Assembly (NCBI GenBank): GCA_964016885.1
Contig: OZ024743.1
Location: 105,400,001 to 105,464,000, forward strand
Source: Eledone cirrhosa
Taxonomy: Eukaryota
Direction: 5' to 3'
DNA: 64,000 bases
This document shows positions 13,450 through 28,551 of the stretch, in pieces (positions within the stretch are counted from its first letter, which is position 1; every line of letters starts with the position of its first letter). The notes below the pieces were generated by a model. That model was not told the DNA's origin. It saw nothing but the letters and a program-made list of their open reading frames with translations, and searched no databases. A program made the position numbers and the translations under genes.

Positions 13450-14270
13450 ACTCCCTCACATAACTTCACTATTGTCACCATACCCCAAGACCTACCACTC
13501 TCCGAGCTGAGCGCTCCCTCGTCGCCCGTGGTTTGCGTTTTATACTAACCATTTCAACCTGCCACGAGTTCCGCACTCGTGACAAGATTGAAGGCCTCTT
13601 CCGTCGACTAAAGCTCAAAACTTTTTTCCACGACACGCCATCATCGGCACGAACGGATGACTTTACTAGTCTCAGTCGCCACACTTTTTAGACCTACACC
13701 CTACCCTTACCCCAGCACTACCAATTTTCTCCGTCTGGCTGAGGTTGTTCTGACCATCAATTGGTTTTCATTTTCCGACGAGTTCTACCAACAGATCTCT
13801 GGGGTAGCGATGGGAACCAGAATGGGTCTGAACTCTGACAAGTTGTTTGTTGGCTACGTCGAAGCCCAGATCTCCCAACACACTGGACCTACTCCTGAGC
13901 TATACGGTCGTTATATAGACGACTGTATCGGTGCCACATCTTTATCACGTGAACAACTCGACTGCTTTCTATCTTTCGTTCAATCTTTTCCTCCCGGTCT
14001 CACCTTCACCACCTCCGTCTCCTATTTTCTGTCCCTTTTCTTGGTATATCTCTCTCTCTACCCATCACACTCAGCACCCCCTCTTTACTTCCATTTCCTA
14101 GAAACGTACTGACTCCCACTTTTACCTCGACTTCACCTACTCCTACCCAAGCCACACCAAACTCTCCATGCCTTACTCCTAATTCCTCCCTCTTTGTCCG
14201 CTCTGTAGCAAGAATCACGATTTAGAAACCCATTCCCTTTACATGGCCTCCCGCTTCATCCAACGTGGAA
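13450..14270 (+). mobile_element. Penelope-like element RT fragment (non-Naiad, Neptune/Poseidon-like)
   Basis: ORF 13657-14112: LAEVVLTINWFSFSDEFYQQISGVAMGTRMG...YGRYIDD, followed by frameshifted thumb-domain-like sequence (TDSH.YLDF..SYP.HTK.SMPYS). Confidence 0.85.
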
Positions 14271-14409
14271 CATATATATATAATTACTAGGCTATTTCGT
14301 AATGGAGTGTATCAGTCTTTCATTGATGTCTAAAATTACAATATATCCCAAATGTGAACTAACACAGAGAAGTTGAATAAATGATAAATATAAAATGGAC
14401 CTACATCGA

Positions 14410-14730
14410 TTTCGACTAGTTGTTTGATCAATGGAACAGCCTGCTTATGGAATTAACGTGTAGGTAACTGAGCATTCCAGAGACACATGTAATTTTAATT
14501 TGGTTCTCAAGGAGATTCATCATGAAAATGCGTTTGACAAGGCTGGCTCTTGCAGGTTCACTTCATCCGAGGAGCTTCTTAATAGTTTCCGTTTACCCGA
14601 TTTCACTCACAAATTATGAGTAGATACGAGGTTATGTTAAATGACACGTTCCCTAGCTGTCACGTTGTTCAATCGAACCCGGAGTCTAATGATTGCGAAG
14701 CGAGCTTCTTAAACAATTAGCCATGCTGCA
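14410..14730 (-). mobile_element. Diverged SINE fragments
   Basis: tRNA-like head on the minus strand (gcatggctaattgtttaagaagctcgcttcgcaatca...gggttcgatt) plus a gatcaatggaacagcctgct..aattaacgtg segment also seen, reversed, near 23035-23085. Confidence 0.5.
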
Positions 14731-17029
14731 TTCACTAATAATAAATCAAAACTTTTATAATATACGTATATATTACATAAAAGGTTACATTTTATGGCTT
14801 GATCATTATTCTGTATCAATACTTGAAATAACCTGTACATGAGGGATAAATCAATTCTATTAATTACCGGTAAAATTCAATTGGACTTAGCTCCTATTCG
14901 AACTACATTCGCTGGAAGTGTGGAAAACTACTGAATAAAAGGAACAAAATGTTCGACGGAACACATCTCATACTGCCTACAATTAGATGTTGCTCCAGAC
15001 TTGAGGTTCCTATTTTCAACTAAAAAAATAGATCTGAGGAATTAGTAACTTAGTCACAGACATATCACAACATCTGTCCATTATGAATTCATATGTAGTG
15101 TTATTTAGATTTATCAGAGTCCTCTATTATAGGCTCTGTGTTAATCATCTTATCTTTTGTTTCCGGTGACATTCAATACATTGACTATTATGAAGAATTG
15201 AACAAGCCAGAAAAAATGATTATAATATTTTATACTTTAATTTAATCGTAAACGTCTATTATATTAAAGTTTTCTGCTAGAGTCACACAAGTCACTAAAA
15301 TATAAATATAATTATGCAAAAATTAAATTTTCATTCAAATACAATATTTTCAATTTTGTTTCGTTATTTTATAGTTATCTGTGATTTTGTTTATGTTTAA
15401 ATCATGACATTTACAGCTACCCCCCCCCCCCCCCCAAAAAAAAAACACTCTTTAGAATTTTCTTGAAATCATTGTCTTTCGTTCAAGAGTATGCTAAAGA
15501 TAGCTTAACATTTTAATTGATAACTCTCTCACCTACCCGTTGAACAAAATCTTACAGCTACATCACAAAGTTGCATAATATATAACGGTGACTTGTACTT
15601 TCGAATTTTATGGCATTTGTACGTAGTTTATGGTCTAGCCGCAGTCGCATATTATATGTTTTAGCACGAATGTAATTCGTATTGGACAGGGAATTGCTAG
15701 GTGGTCTTATTAAGATTTATTTAACCGTTAGATTAGAAAACGTCAAGTTTACTGGCCGTAAAAGACAAAACTGATAACAAAAAACAAAACTTCCGTGAGA
15801 ACTGCTGTTACCAATTTCATTATTAGTCTCAAAGGACATAAAATCAGCGAGTAGCTTAACAAATCTTGCCTGATTTGATAATCTACAAACAGAAAATAGA
15901 GTTTCAGTGTACACAGCAACACCTCTGTATTACGGTGGTATAGTCATCTGCAGGAAATTACTCTGAAAAACATATCTAGTATTATTTTCTAATTGGCCTT
16001 GGACTTCTACCGTATATAAAGAAAGCAAATGCTAATTATTGGTTGGTTTCAAGTACAATGATCCTGTACATCAATACCCTAATAAACAATATGACGCCTG
16101 ACACTTCTAGATCAGGAAGAATATAAATGTTCATAAGATAATAACGCTTATCTCTGTAATTAAGATTTTCTCAGATACAATGCCAACATTTTTAGACAGA
16201 AAACAAAGCCTGAAATCCAAACATTATTCTCATGGATTTAACTCTCCGCATTTTGCAAGAAAAAAAAAAAACAAATGTCAAAAGAAAAACACACACAATA
16301 AAAGAACAAACAACCAATTTCTAAATTTATTGAAATACGTCATCTCAGCTGCTGTTGTTGAACATTTGTCAGTTTCGACTACGAGAATTCCAGCTTTTCG
16401 AACAAAAAGATAGCCAGCTCCTGAAATTGACTTCTTAGTGGCTGACCATGGCACAGCTAAGTGTAACCAAACCCTAATTCTCAGAGTAATTCAGCGTGGC
16501 AACATTGTTACTTTGAATTCGACGTACAAAGTATTTTTGCCAGCTAAGTAGACTGAAGCAACATGAAATAAGATGTTTTCTGTAAATCGTAAGGCACAGT
16601 CGGGAGTTGAAATCGAGACCTTACGATCAAGAGCCAAACACGTTATCCACTAAACGAGAAGCTTTTAAACTGTTTCTATCTACCCATTTTCATTCGCAAA
16701 GAATTGTTCGATACAAGGTTATCGTAATTTTGACTTCGAATTCGAGGCTTAACGATTGCTAAACAGTCGCTTTACACTTTCGGCTACGCTGCGTCCATTC
16801 TGTCTATAACAATGAAGATGAGGACATCAGTTCGAATAAAACAGTGTATATTTAAGATAATTCCTCATCATTGAAATTCAGAGAAAGTTCAACAATAATA
16901 AGTAGTGTTCAATAGGTATAATTAAATATTGTTTATGCTTTTGGTGTTGGATACACCGACGAAAAATATGATTTTGATATACATTGAAATAAGAAATGAT
17001 GCACTACGTGCATATCGGTTAAATTTGAA

Positions 17030-17212
17030 ATAATTATTTCTACTTTTGGCACAAGGCCAGCAATTATCCCAGTGCATTACTGGCACTTTATTTTATCGAT
17101 CCCGTAAGGATGAATGGCAAAATTAACCTCGCGGGATTTGAACTCAGATCGTAAAGGCAGGTAACTCTATGCTGTAAAGCACGGCGTCAGACCCTCTACC
17201 GATTCTGCGAAC
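17030..17212 (-). mobile_element. tRNA-derived SINE (main young family)
   Basis: Matches 62432-62620. Confidence 0.85.
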
Positions 17213-18090
17213 ATTTTAAAATAATGTTAGATATAATGTAGACATACAATTCATGACGCAAAGCTCATGAGCCCTTCTTTATCTTAACATTTAATTTAAA
17301 TATCATTTTAGTAATAAAATTGAAATTATGTTAGTTTAGGAATCTATAATGTACACTTGCATCAGACAATTGAAGTACACGTAATATCTTGACAATAACA
17401 TTTATATACCTAAAAATGAATATATGTTGCTATTTGAGTTGTCGTCGGTCTTACATACCCATAAACTGAGCCACGACAAGGTGAAGTCTATCAGTCGGCA
17501 CCCAAAGGAATACTGAAGAAACCATTATATTTTGTATGTAAAAATAATTGGGATTTCCAGTGAGACAATGGAGAAATAAAATAGCGATAAAGATTAAATA
17601 TACATTTACATTATTTTCAAATCTTTTTTTACTGTACAACTAGTGAAATTGTAAAACATAAAATAAATAGAAGAGGTAAATGCTATGAAAATGCCATAAG
17701 AAATATGAGAGAATATGAAATTTAAAATTCAATCGATTTATATTACTTTATGTCCTCAATAATAATAGCAAAACCAACATCAACAACTTCAATAAGAACA
17801 ACATTATTATTATTAACTAATAATGATAATAATAATAAAAACAACAACAACAACATGATTATTATTGTTGTTGTTATTATTATTTACGTCTAAACATGTG
17901 GCTATGAAACGCAAAGAGAGAAATTTCATATTTATCGTTACTCTCTCTCTCTCCCCCTCTCTCCCCCGCTCTCTCTCACACACACACCACACATATATAT
18001 ATTTATATAAATAAATATATACTTATGTATATATATACACACATACATATATTTCTCATGCACACACTCTCTCTCTCTTTACACACACAT

Positions 18091-18163
<73 letters not shown>

Positions 18164-18171
18164 ACACACAC

Positions 18172-18204
<33 letters not shown>

Positions 18205-18654
18205 TATATACTGTAACTTTATTACATATGTTTATTAATGTGTTTGTGCACTCCTGATTCTTATGTTATGAAGAATAGAAGTAAAAAGAAGTTTTTCTTT
18301 CATAATTTTAATATTTAATTATTATATATTTATTTGAATTTGAAAAATTCATTATGTATTCGTACTAAAAAATATCATATTTAACCGACATAAAAGAAAC
18401 AATAGAAATATATAGTGAAGTATTTAGCAATGAATAATGTCTAGCCCATCCTTTATATTGTAAAATATGAGGATATTTCCTCATACTTTGTTTTAGCTGT
18501 TGTTTTCGATCACAATCGTTGGGATTCGGTTATATAATTTCTATATAAACACTTATACACTCGCACATATATATCCAGATATACACACACACACACACAC
18601 ACATATTGATCCTGACACACACACACACACATATATATATATACACACACACAC

Positions 18655-18722
<68 letters not shown>

Positions 18723-18961
18723 GTATAAATTTTCTACGCAGCTGCATGGTCCTTAAGGTTTCAAAGTCTACACTCGCATAGGTCTGTATGACCTATGTTA
18801 GAACACACTTTGAAAACTTAGAGAATTTATGTAAAATATTATACTTGAGTCACGTACATAACATAGACCGCTCTCTTTTCTTTATCTAGTTTATGGAAAC
18901 ACTTGACAACACACACACACGCACACACACGCACACGCACACACACACACACGCACACGCA

Positions 18962-19014
<53 letters not shown>

Positions 19015-19099
19015 ACACACACACGCACACACACACACACACACATACAATATTAGATATTTATGTTTATCATGGAACAGAAGCGCCACATAGCTTTCA

Positions 19100-19391
19100 A
19101 GGCCCAGTTTTTCCCGTTAATTGCGAGATTCTTTTTTTTTCAGGACCGTGCTGCTTCTCATATCAGAGTTTCTGAAGTTGTGGAGATGCGATTAAAAATG
19201 TTGTTTAAAACAATTTTGCGCAATATCCACATACCTTGCACTAAAAAAACTTCAGAATATTCTGTGGGGTCGTGTATAATATCTGCTTCATACACAATGA
19301 ATTTCTGGTGGAGAGGGCAGTTCTCTTTAATTCTACAAGAGCAACTTATAATTACGTCGTGTTTATTCTTTTCGGTAATATTTGATATCAT
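19100..19391 (-). mobile_element. Decayed Naiad-type PLE zinc-motif/GIY-YIG remnant
   Basis: ORF 19158-19391: CSCRIKENCPL...IVYEA. Confidence 0.6.
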
Positions 19392-20718
19392 TTACGGGCC
19401 ATAGAAATAGGATATATCGACGGAAGATTAAGATTGAAATTACTTGAAAGTTTAATGTAACATATGCACATTAATAATTGTAATACAACATCCCAGCCAG
19501 ACGCCTAAAGCTATGAAAAACTATGTAATTATTGTATCGATGGATTAACATATGGAAAACTTTGAAGTACTCATAATTTCATCAATTGAACAGCCTGTCC
19601 CTCCTAGTTTAGCACACAAAAATCCTCTGGAGAATTCGCTGGTGATCAATTAATAATGAATCCGTAACCAACAAGTTCTGGACGAAGGATTTATCATCAG
19701 CCAACAGTCCTATGAAGGATTTCCGAAAATAGACCTTACTACTAAATTTTCAGGTTGTTGCCGGTATCCCACGTGAAGCATTAACTACTATTTTGTCATC
19801 AAGTGACAGTAGCTTAAATTCGTATTGATGCTCCAATATAGCGTGATACACATGTATGTACGTGTTGTATATGGAATAATAAACAGGTTATTTATGAAAA
19901 ACATCTGAAAGCCTTTCTCTATGGAGTTTTAAGTTGTAACCACCGTCACGCATACCAGCCTCAGCAAAATCAATGTGGAAGTAACCGACAACGTGTTATT
20001 TCCCGCCTATTGGTGGTTGTCAAAATGATGTACCCAGCTAGCTTCAGCTAAGACAAAGATAAGCTAGAATCTAATAGATTTCTAGATTATGTATATGACT
20101 ATTGGTAGTCCAAGACAGCGTTATACTCATATGTGTTTCTGCTTATGTATATGAGCTGATGAAGCTCGTTTGCATACAGAGCGGAGCCAGCTCGGCTTAA
20201 ACTAAAGGTATCAGTATTGCTACTCCAGCATAACATTATTCAGATGTATGCACGTGATATATATCGGATAACATACAGGATGTTTATGAAATAAATGACA
20301 ACAGCCTTGTATCTTATTCGAAATAAAACACGTACATGTTTAACTCAATGTTGGAGCACCCGTACTAAATAATTGTATGTAGCTTTTTCTACGTAATAAA
20401 TCTCACATTTTTGAGGTTTATAACTTCTTCACCCACTATTATCTGTTTTTGCTTCGAAAACGTATATATATATATATGACAGACTGAATGTCTGGTGAGC
20501 TGTAACTGGCGAGATTAAATGTTCGCAATCTATTTATGCACCAAGATATATTTTAGTGAAGGTTACTTGTTGCCTTTTACTTTCTACTAATGAAACGGCT
20601 TAATCTTGACTATAGGGCTTACATATTTAATATAATATCTAAATCTCTACTTCAGTCTAAGTATGGCATACTAAGATGAATAGTTGAACAATTGTTTTAT
20701 TAGACTTATCCATGTGTA

Positions 20719-20785
<67 letters not shown>

Positions 20786-20825
20786 CTATCTCTCTCTCCC
20801 TCTCTCTCTCTCTATCTCTCTCTCC

Positions 20826-20855
<30 letters not shown>

Positions 20856-20856
<1 letters not shown>

Positions 20857-21033
20857 GGAAAATGTTAGACCCCGAAGGCAGAGCTGAAGCCGTTTCGACG
20901 GCTATTTCAGTCCAGAAACGGCTTGAACTCTGCCGTCGGGGTCTAACATTTTCCTATTACCCACTCTACTACCCTAAGTATTGAGTAATCTGGTGCGTTA
21001 TGGTCCATCTGGTTCCCTACCACACCTCCTTCG

Positions 21034-21035
<2 letters not shown>
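20856..21035 (+). mobile_element. Short fold-back element carrying a hammerhead 3' half (family also at 30280-30463, 55795-55935, 63362-63422)
   Basis: Hairpin 20856-20957; GAAAC-GGC..GCC-GUC/GGGGUC; flanked by (TA)n. Confidence 0.7.
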
Positions 21036-21073
<38 letters not shown>

Positions 21074-21196
21074 GCTCTATAATACATCGGTATTATAGAG
21101 CAGAGATATGTATTTTATTTTACTGGTAATTGGGTAGTACTTAATACTATCCTTTCATATTTATAATTATATATAATTCATATATAAGTATACATA

Positions 21197-21248
<52 letters not shown>

Positions 21249-21396
21249 CATATACATATTTGTTTATATATATATATATATTTGTTTATTTATATATATA
21301 TCTGTTTATATATATATAGATATATATTTGTTCATATATATTTGTCTATATATATATGTATATATATATATATGTATATATATATATGTTTGTATG

Positions 21397-21437
<41 letters not shown>

Positions 21438-21445
21438 TTGTATGT

Positions 21446-21566
<121 letters not shown>

Positions 21567-23194
21567 TGTGAGTGTGTAATGGAGAGAGAAAAGCAGGAGT
21601 GTGAAAGGCAGAGTAGAATATTGATGAATGAAACAAACACACAAATATATGTTAGTTATACTTGCTCTTACTTATTCTCCTATTCCTTCTATCAATATGT
21701 TTATGCGTTGAATTAACTTCTCATAAGAATTAAAACTGCCCCTGTCCACTAATCTCTATTGATGAAGTTGACAACGAAGCACCACACGGAACATGGAAAT
21801 AGAATGAATTAATCACTCTTTATATAATCCTGAAATACAGATGAATTTCAAATATAGAACTTAATGAAGTTTAGTGCAGTTCCATCCATCGAATCAACTA
21901 GAACAGTCATTGTAAGAACCGACGTAGGACCAGTATAATTATGTTGATATGATTTAGTTTGCCATTAGTTACATAGTCATCGTTGCACTAAATACAGATT
22001 CGTTTTCGACCCACGATTTTTATCTAAATACTCAATCTCACATAGCCTTATAAAATGCCATTTGAGATTTGTTTCTTGCATTTTTGTCTATTTATATACT
22101 TGCTCCAACCAAAATTTTATTGACATTATTCTGGTCAGGGTCAATTGATTTCTTTCTTTCTGAGTGAACAACCAATCCAGCTGTTTTCATCATTTTTTTC
22201 CTCGTGCTTGGTCAAAATCAATATATTTACCGATTTTATATAACGCATGGCAACAAAATTCCAACGCTGATTTTTCAGTAGAATTATTAAACCAAACAAG
22301 ATCTTCAATGTAATCTGTTTTTACATGGCTTCACTATAACACTTTTCGAAACTAAAAAGCAATTTAAGAAGTGGGAAACATTAAGATAATACAAAATATA
22401 TTAGGTTAGTAGTCGTCAAGTGTTAGCGCCGAGCGTGTATTTGATTTCTTAAAGCAACATACAATTTGGTTAATGATATTTTATTAAATCTTCTTTCCTC
22501 TTAAAATTGTTGTCTCCAGTAAGCAACCCTCTGAACTAATGTATAAACATTAATTTCAAATATTGGCCTAATGCCACGGGTTTATAGAGTGCGTGTGTGT
22601 GTGTGTGGGGGGGGGGGGGGGTATACTAGATTAATTCAAATGGACGTACATGAGACGTATATATTATTTCGATCCCAAAGAATGAAATACAATGTTAAAG
22701 ATATAGGGAATGTTGTAGTCATCATCATAGTTATTTCTTATTATGGATCTGTAAGTCACGGTAAATATCATGCCTAGCTGAAGAGGTCAAATAAGTCTGA
22801 AACATATCCGTGCTGGCCAGCATGCCTCCCAAAGATTAAATTAATATTTACATTAAACACATGCCTATTTCCGATTTGTAGAATTCGCCGCTACATTTAC
22901 TTCTCGCTGTTCCAGTTCATTCAGATAGCAACAATGACCTGTATGTGTTAAGCAAAGGACCAGGATTATTAAACACTATTCACGGCTTGATCTTCCTAGG
23001 AACATCGATGAGGATACACGGATCCTGGGAATGCTCAGTCATTTGCACGTTAATTCATGAATAGGCTGTGCCATTGTCTGACCAACTAGTGCAATCGGTT
23101 TCGGAATCAACGTCGGTCAAGTGTAGGTCACGAATGTATGTTTAAAATTATCTTAGGAAACTACTAAACACATTATCTTCTTATTATTATTCTT

Positions 23195-25010
23195 CGCCCA
23201 TTTATTCCTGGGAGGCCGGGGAGGGAGGGGGAGGGGAGGGGGTTGTCCTCAAACACTCCTTCCAGCAGGTCCTGTCAGAAGCTACCGTTTCCAATTGATC
23301 TGACTCGATCCCCAAATGTGACTAGCCAAGTGCAGGAATGTTACCAGCCATCTTGCTTGGGGTCAACTCCTGGGTCTCCTGTCGTTCGGTTTTGCCCGTA
23401 AAATTTGTCCAGATATTTTTCTTGAGACATTGTAACCACATGCCCATAGTATCGGAAATGTGATCTCTTAAATCGGAGAAGTAACCTTTCTACCTGAAGT
23501 GACTCTCTTATCTCCGAGCTAAGCAATCTATTAAGTAATTGTTTCTACTTTAGGCACAAGGCCAGCAATCACCCAGTGCATTACTGGTACTTTATTTTAT
23601 CGACCCCGTAAGGATGAAAGGCAAAGTCAACCTCGGCGGGTGCAATCTATTAAGTAATGTTCCTCCAAAGACTCTTCGGAGGTACATCATTTCGTCCGCT
23701 TGTATTCAGGATCGTATTCTTCCGGGAATTACCCTAGTTTTATAATCAGAGGCAAGGGCTGGTATGAATACCGAATTGAATATAGCGAGTTTGGCTTTTA
23801 CACCTACCTCCCTTCTTCTGATTACCGAATGCTGAAGCTGCCGCATTATTGCACAAGCTACTGCAATGCTTGAACTTAATTTACCCTCCTGCCTCCCATC
23901 ACTTGTGAACACGTTCCTGAAGTAATTGAACCTCGCCACCTGATTCGTTTTCGCAGCACTGATTTTTCCGTTCAGATATGCAACACTCGGCATCAAACCT
24001 ATCAAGAACAATTCGGAGATCACTTCCTGTCGAGGTAAGTAGCACTATGTCTGAAAATTCCAGCCGACTGATTTTATACCCGCCAGTCGTAGTACCACTT
24101 CCAACCCCAGTCGCACATGTCATTCTTGTTCATAAAGAAATGAAGGGTAGAGGTGACAGTATGTACCCTTGTCGAATTCCTACTCCCACATTTAATGGTT
24201 TCGATTTAGCATTCGTATAAAGACATCAGGGCAGTAAGAATCTGACCGTCAATCTCATACTCCTGCAGAACCTTTCACAGCAGGTCATGAGGAACGCGGT
24301 CATATGCCTTTTCGAGGTATACAAAACAAGAATATACCTCTTGACAATACTGACACGATTTCTCAAAGACCTGTCATAGTGTGCATATTTGGTTGGCTGT
24401 GCTGCGTCCGGTGTAAGAACAGCACTGTTCATCAGCTAGCTTTGACAAGACAAAACCTGGTAGCTCTATGCAAGTCACTTGGCATAGATTTTACCGGGGA
24501 GGTTTAACAAGATCATCCCTCTTGTCTCCTTTTTCTTTGGAAATTAGGATTATCTCTCCCGATTCCAAACCGGCACACACGAGTCATTCAGCCAGAAAAT
24601 ACCTTCTCTATTTAAGAATTTTGACAACTTGGTTCGGATTTAATCTTCTCCAGTGGTCTTGTCACGTTTAAAATCTTTAACTGCTTTTTTGTCCTCAACC
24701 TCCTTGAGATACGTCACCGCTATCAAATGCACCTCGTGTACATAAGGAGATGCTTTTGTGGTCGGCTGTAGGAGATCAGCAAAGTATTCTATCCACCTCG
24801 TGACGATGACCTCAATAAAAAGGGGGAAAACACCAAACGCGTTCCTCATTAGAGGTGTAGGGGAGGACTTCATATTACAACGTCGGCGGATGGTTTGCCA
24901 GAACACCTTATTTGCTGATCTGAAGTCGGATCCAGCTTAACCCCAAAGTCATCCCATCTCCAACTTTGGACGCCTTTACTGTCTCTGTTGCAATTCCTCG
25001 TGTGTCCATT
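23195..25010 (-). mobile_element. RTE-clade LINE, decayed RT and 3' end
   Basis: Fragments MFWQTIRR, GVGIRQG-like segment, LEFSDIVLL, KAKLAIFNSVFIP, LLLRFKRSHFRYYGHV; short TAA/GAA tail at ~23177-23195. Confidence 0.85.
23536..23640 (-). mobile_element. 5'-truncated SINE inserted in the RTE
   Basis: Family match; 17-bp TSD gcaatctattaagtaat at 23523-39 and 23642-58. Confidence 0.9.
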
Positions 25011-25651
25011 TCTTCAAATTGTTTCAATTTCCTTGAAATATTTCTCTAAATCTTGTTAAATGGCACGTACGGTATTGAAACGAAGTTCAAGTAACTTTAC
25101 CCTACTTTTAAAGGAACAGTAGATAATGCTATGTTAATATATATTAACACTGGACTTAAGTATATTGTATAGTTAGATAGATATTGTACAAGCTCAAATA
25201 TGAAATCACCACTAGCATAGATTTCAATTCACACAACGAATTAGGACTTTAGAGATATATGAATGGTGAACAGTAATATCTGCCTCCACATTGTGATTAA
25301 AAAATAACAAAACATACCAGCAAACCAACTCATTTCTTACCAACGTATACAATTAGTCTGGCCATTTCATTATTTAAGTAAACTCTAGAGGCATAATATG
25401 TACAACTCTATCAAAATAGATAAGTGTTGTATGAATGTGGCTGTTTCCAGATAATGTAATAAATTCACGTGCAAAATATACATAGGCATAAAAGCACCAG
25501 AAAAATATTAAAATAAGAAAAAATAGAGTAGATATAGATGTGGGGGCATCTTTAAAAAATATCATACAATGTTAACACGGTAAGGTGTCTCATATTACAA
25601 ACTAAACTTCTTATTTTTACGTCGTGTTATGTTTCTTTAGAAATCTATTAA

Positions 25652-25715
<64 letters not shown>

Positions 25716-25871
25716 TTTACACTCATACACACACACACCCACACACATATATATATATGTGTGTGTGTGTGTATGTGTGTGTTGGTGTTTGAGTGTGTGA
25801 CATTTTCAATTTTTGCATTTATTCTGATATACACACAGATACACAAATATACATATATACATACATATATG

Positions 25872-25922
<51 letters not shown>

Positions 25923-26496
25923 AAAAATAAAGAGAGAAAAAGAGATAGAGAGAAGGGGGAGGGAGAGAGAGAGAAAGAGAGGGAGGGGGAGAGAGAGAGA
26001 GAGAAATGTATATATATATATATATATGATTAAGACTGACATACATAAACTGTCATAAACACACACAAACACACACTCACTGACATACACAGACATACAC
26101 ACCCCTGCAGACTACGATAGACATTTTTACATATAAACATAATACGGACTCCTGGTCGTGCCTAATTGAATTGAGAAAAGGCGCTATCGTTTTGTAACAA
26201 ATATGCAATTCACAGTTAGTCGAGGATCAATATTCACTTGTCGCATCGCCCTTCTCTATCTTTCATTCTCTCGTCTTCTAGAATCAAAAGAATTTTAGCT
26301 AACATTCATTAATTAAATAAAAATGAAAGCAAGCAAGCAAAAAGGAAGGAAGAAAGAATGGAAATTACTAAAGAAGGAAAAAAAGAAAGAGAGAAGGAAA
26401 GTGAGAAAGAAGGAAAGAAGGAAAACAAACAAGCAAAGAAAGAAAGGACGCAATTTAAAGAGACAAAGATGGAAATGGTAAGTTCTGAGTATGTGT

Positions 26497-26636
<140 letters not shown>

Positions 26637-26804
26637 GAGGAGAGAAAGAAAGAAGGAAACCGAATGAAAGAAGTAGACTTATAGTGTCGTGTCAATTCAG
26701 CAAAAGCTTTTAATCAGTGGATGTAAGTTCATGTATTTTCTTTAGAACATTTTGGAATGCGTCAATCGACTTGAGAACATCCGCGTCAAAACTACAAAAT
26801 AATG

Positions 26805-26901
<97 letters not shown>

Positions 26902-27315
26902 GAGAGAGAGGGAAAGTAAAGAGAAAGTGAGAGAATCAAAGTAAGAGAGAGGAACGTTGAGAAAAAGACGGAAAGATAGAAAGAGATATCGAAAGTGAGA
27001 GAGATAGTGATAGATAGATAGATATATCGGGGTAGATAGATAGATACGTCGATCGATCGATAGATAAATCGATAGAAACATAAAAAAGATAGATAGATAG
27101 ATAGATTGGCAGACAGACAGAGAGACAGATAGATAGATAGATAGATAGATAGATAAATAAATAGAGATAGATAGATAGATAGATAGATAGATATGTAGAT
27201 AAGCAGACAGACAGACAGATAGATGGATTGATATATTTCTTTATTTGCCACAGGGGCGTACAAAGATGGGACATTACAAGACGTGACGGTGGGGGTTAGA
27301 CATATAGAGAGACAG

Positions 27316-27359
<44 letters not shown>

Positions 27360-27872
27360 GGGTAGATGAAGAAAGTGTGTGTGGTTGAGTAAGAGACTTA
27401 AGAGACTCAGCAATACTGTTGATATCGACCAGCAGATAGATCTACATAAACTAGCATCCAAAGATGTTTACACAAGCTTGATACAGCCGACCTACCATAC
27501 ATACCTTTATACATGGAATCACACAAATAATTCCACATACAGAGAAAAGAGCGAGTGTAATTGTAGCATACTCTCGTATGTGCTGACAAAACAATCGCAC
27601 TTATATAAACACATATGCATGTAAAAGCGAAATATATATCATCGCATACATACAAACACACCTACGGTCGTACAATCTTACGAAATTGCACACATCCAAA
27701 CAGACAGTATATTCACGCATCACGTTTTAATACAATGTATGTATAGACACGTTACTCTTGATGGAATCGCAAAGGCTTTGTCATGACATGCGGCGTGTCT
27801 TGGGTATTTTAAACTTGGCGGCGCCCATCTCCTCTCCAGGTCACAACACAGCCGATATCTTCTAGAGGATGA

Positions 27873-27953
<81 letters not shown>

Positions 27954-27999
27954 GAGAGAGAGGGAGAGAGAGAGGAGAAAGGTGATAAAGAAAGAATTG

Positions 28000-28150
28000 A
28001 CTCCAGTACTGGACTGGCACTTATTATTATCTACCTCGAAAGGATGAAAGGAAAAGTTGAATTCTGTGGGATTTGAACTGAGGGAACGCAGAGCCGTAAT
28101 GACTACCGCAAATCATTTTATCCGACGTTCTAACGAGTCTGCAGATTTCG
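28000..28150 (-). mobile_element. Diverged tRNA-derived SINE
   Basis: ccagtactggactggcact...aaggatgaaagg..ggatttgaact. Confidence 0.6.
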
Positions 28151-28203
28151 GCTCCTGTTAATACTATCTTGAAGTGTATAGACACCTAAACAGAGAGAGA
28201 GGC

Positions 28204-28240
<37 letters not shown>

Positions 28241-28551
28241 GTGAGAGAAGGGGGGGTGTGTGAGTGCGGTGGGGGTGGGGTTGGTAGAGAAAGAAAAATT
28301 GAGAGAATAATAGAAAGAGAGAGAGAAAAAAACACATTCGTGTCTCACGCACATTATTTGATGTAGAATCATGTACATATAGAATTTAAAATAGTGCTGC
28401 GTGCATTAGTCTTTATATCTTATAAATACATATGCACCAAAACGCATGTGCACATACAGAAACAAAACACACAGCCAACAAAAAGAAACATACAGGCAGG
28501 CATATTCGCAGCCATAGCAAGCTAGCTTGGCAACATGCGTAAGTGTGCATA

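Noticed and set aside
20147-20200. Hammerhead-like CTGATGA-AGCTC..GAGC
   Set aside because: GAAA box is replaced by GGAG; at most a dead relic.
22772-22818. Hammerhead-like CTGAAGA..GAAAC
   Set aside because: Stem II is mismatched and the triplet is GUG; degenerate.
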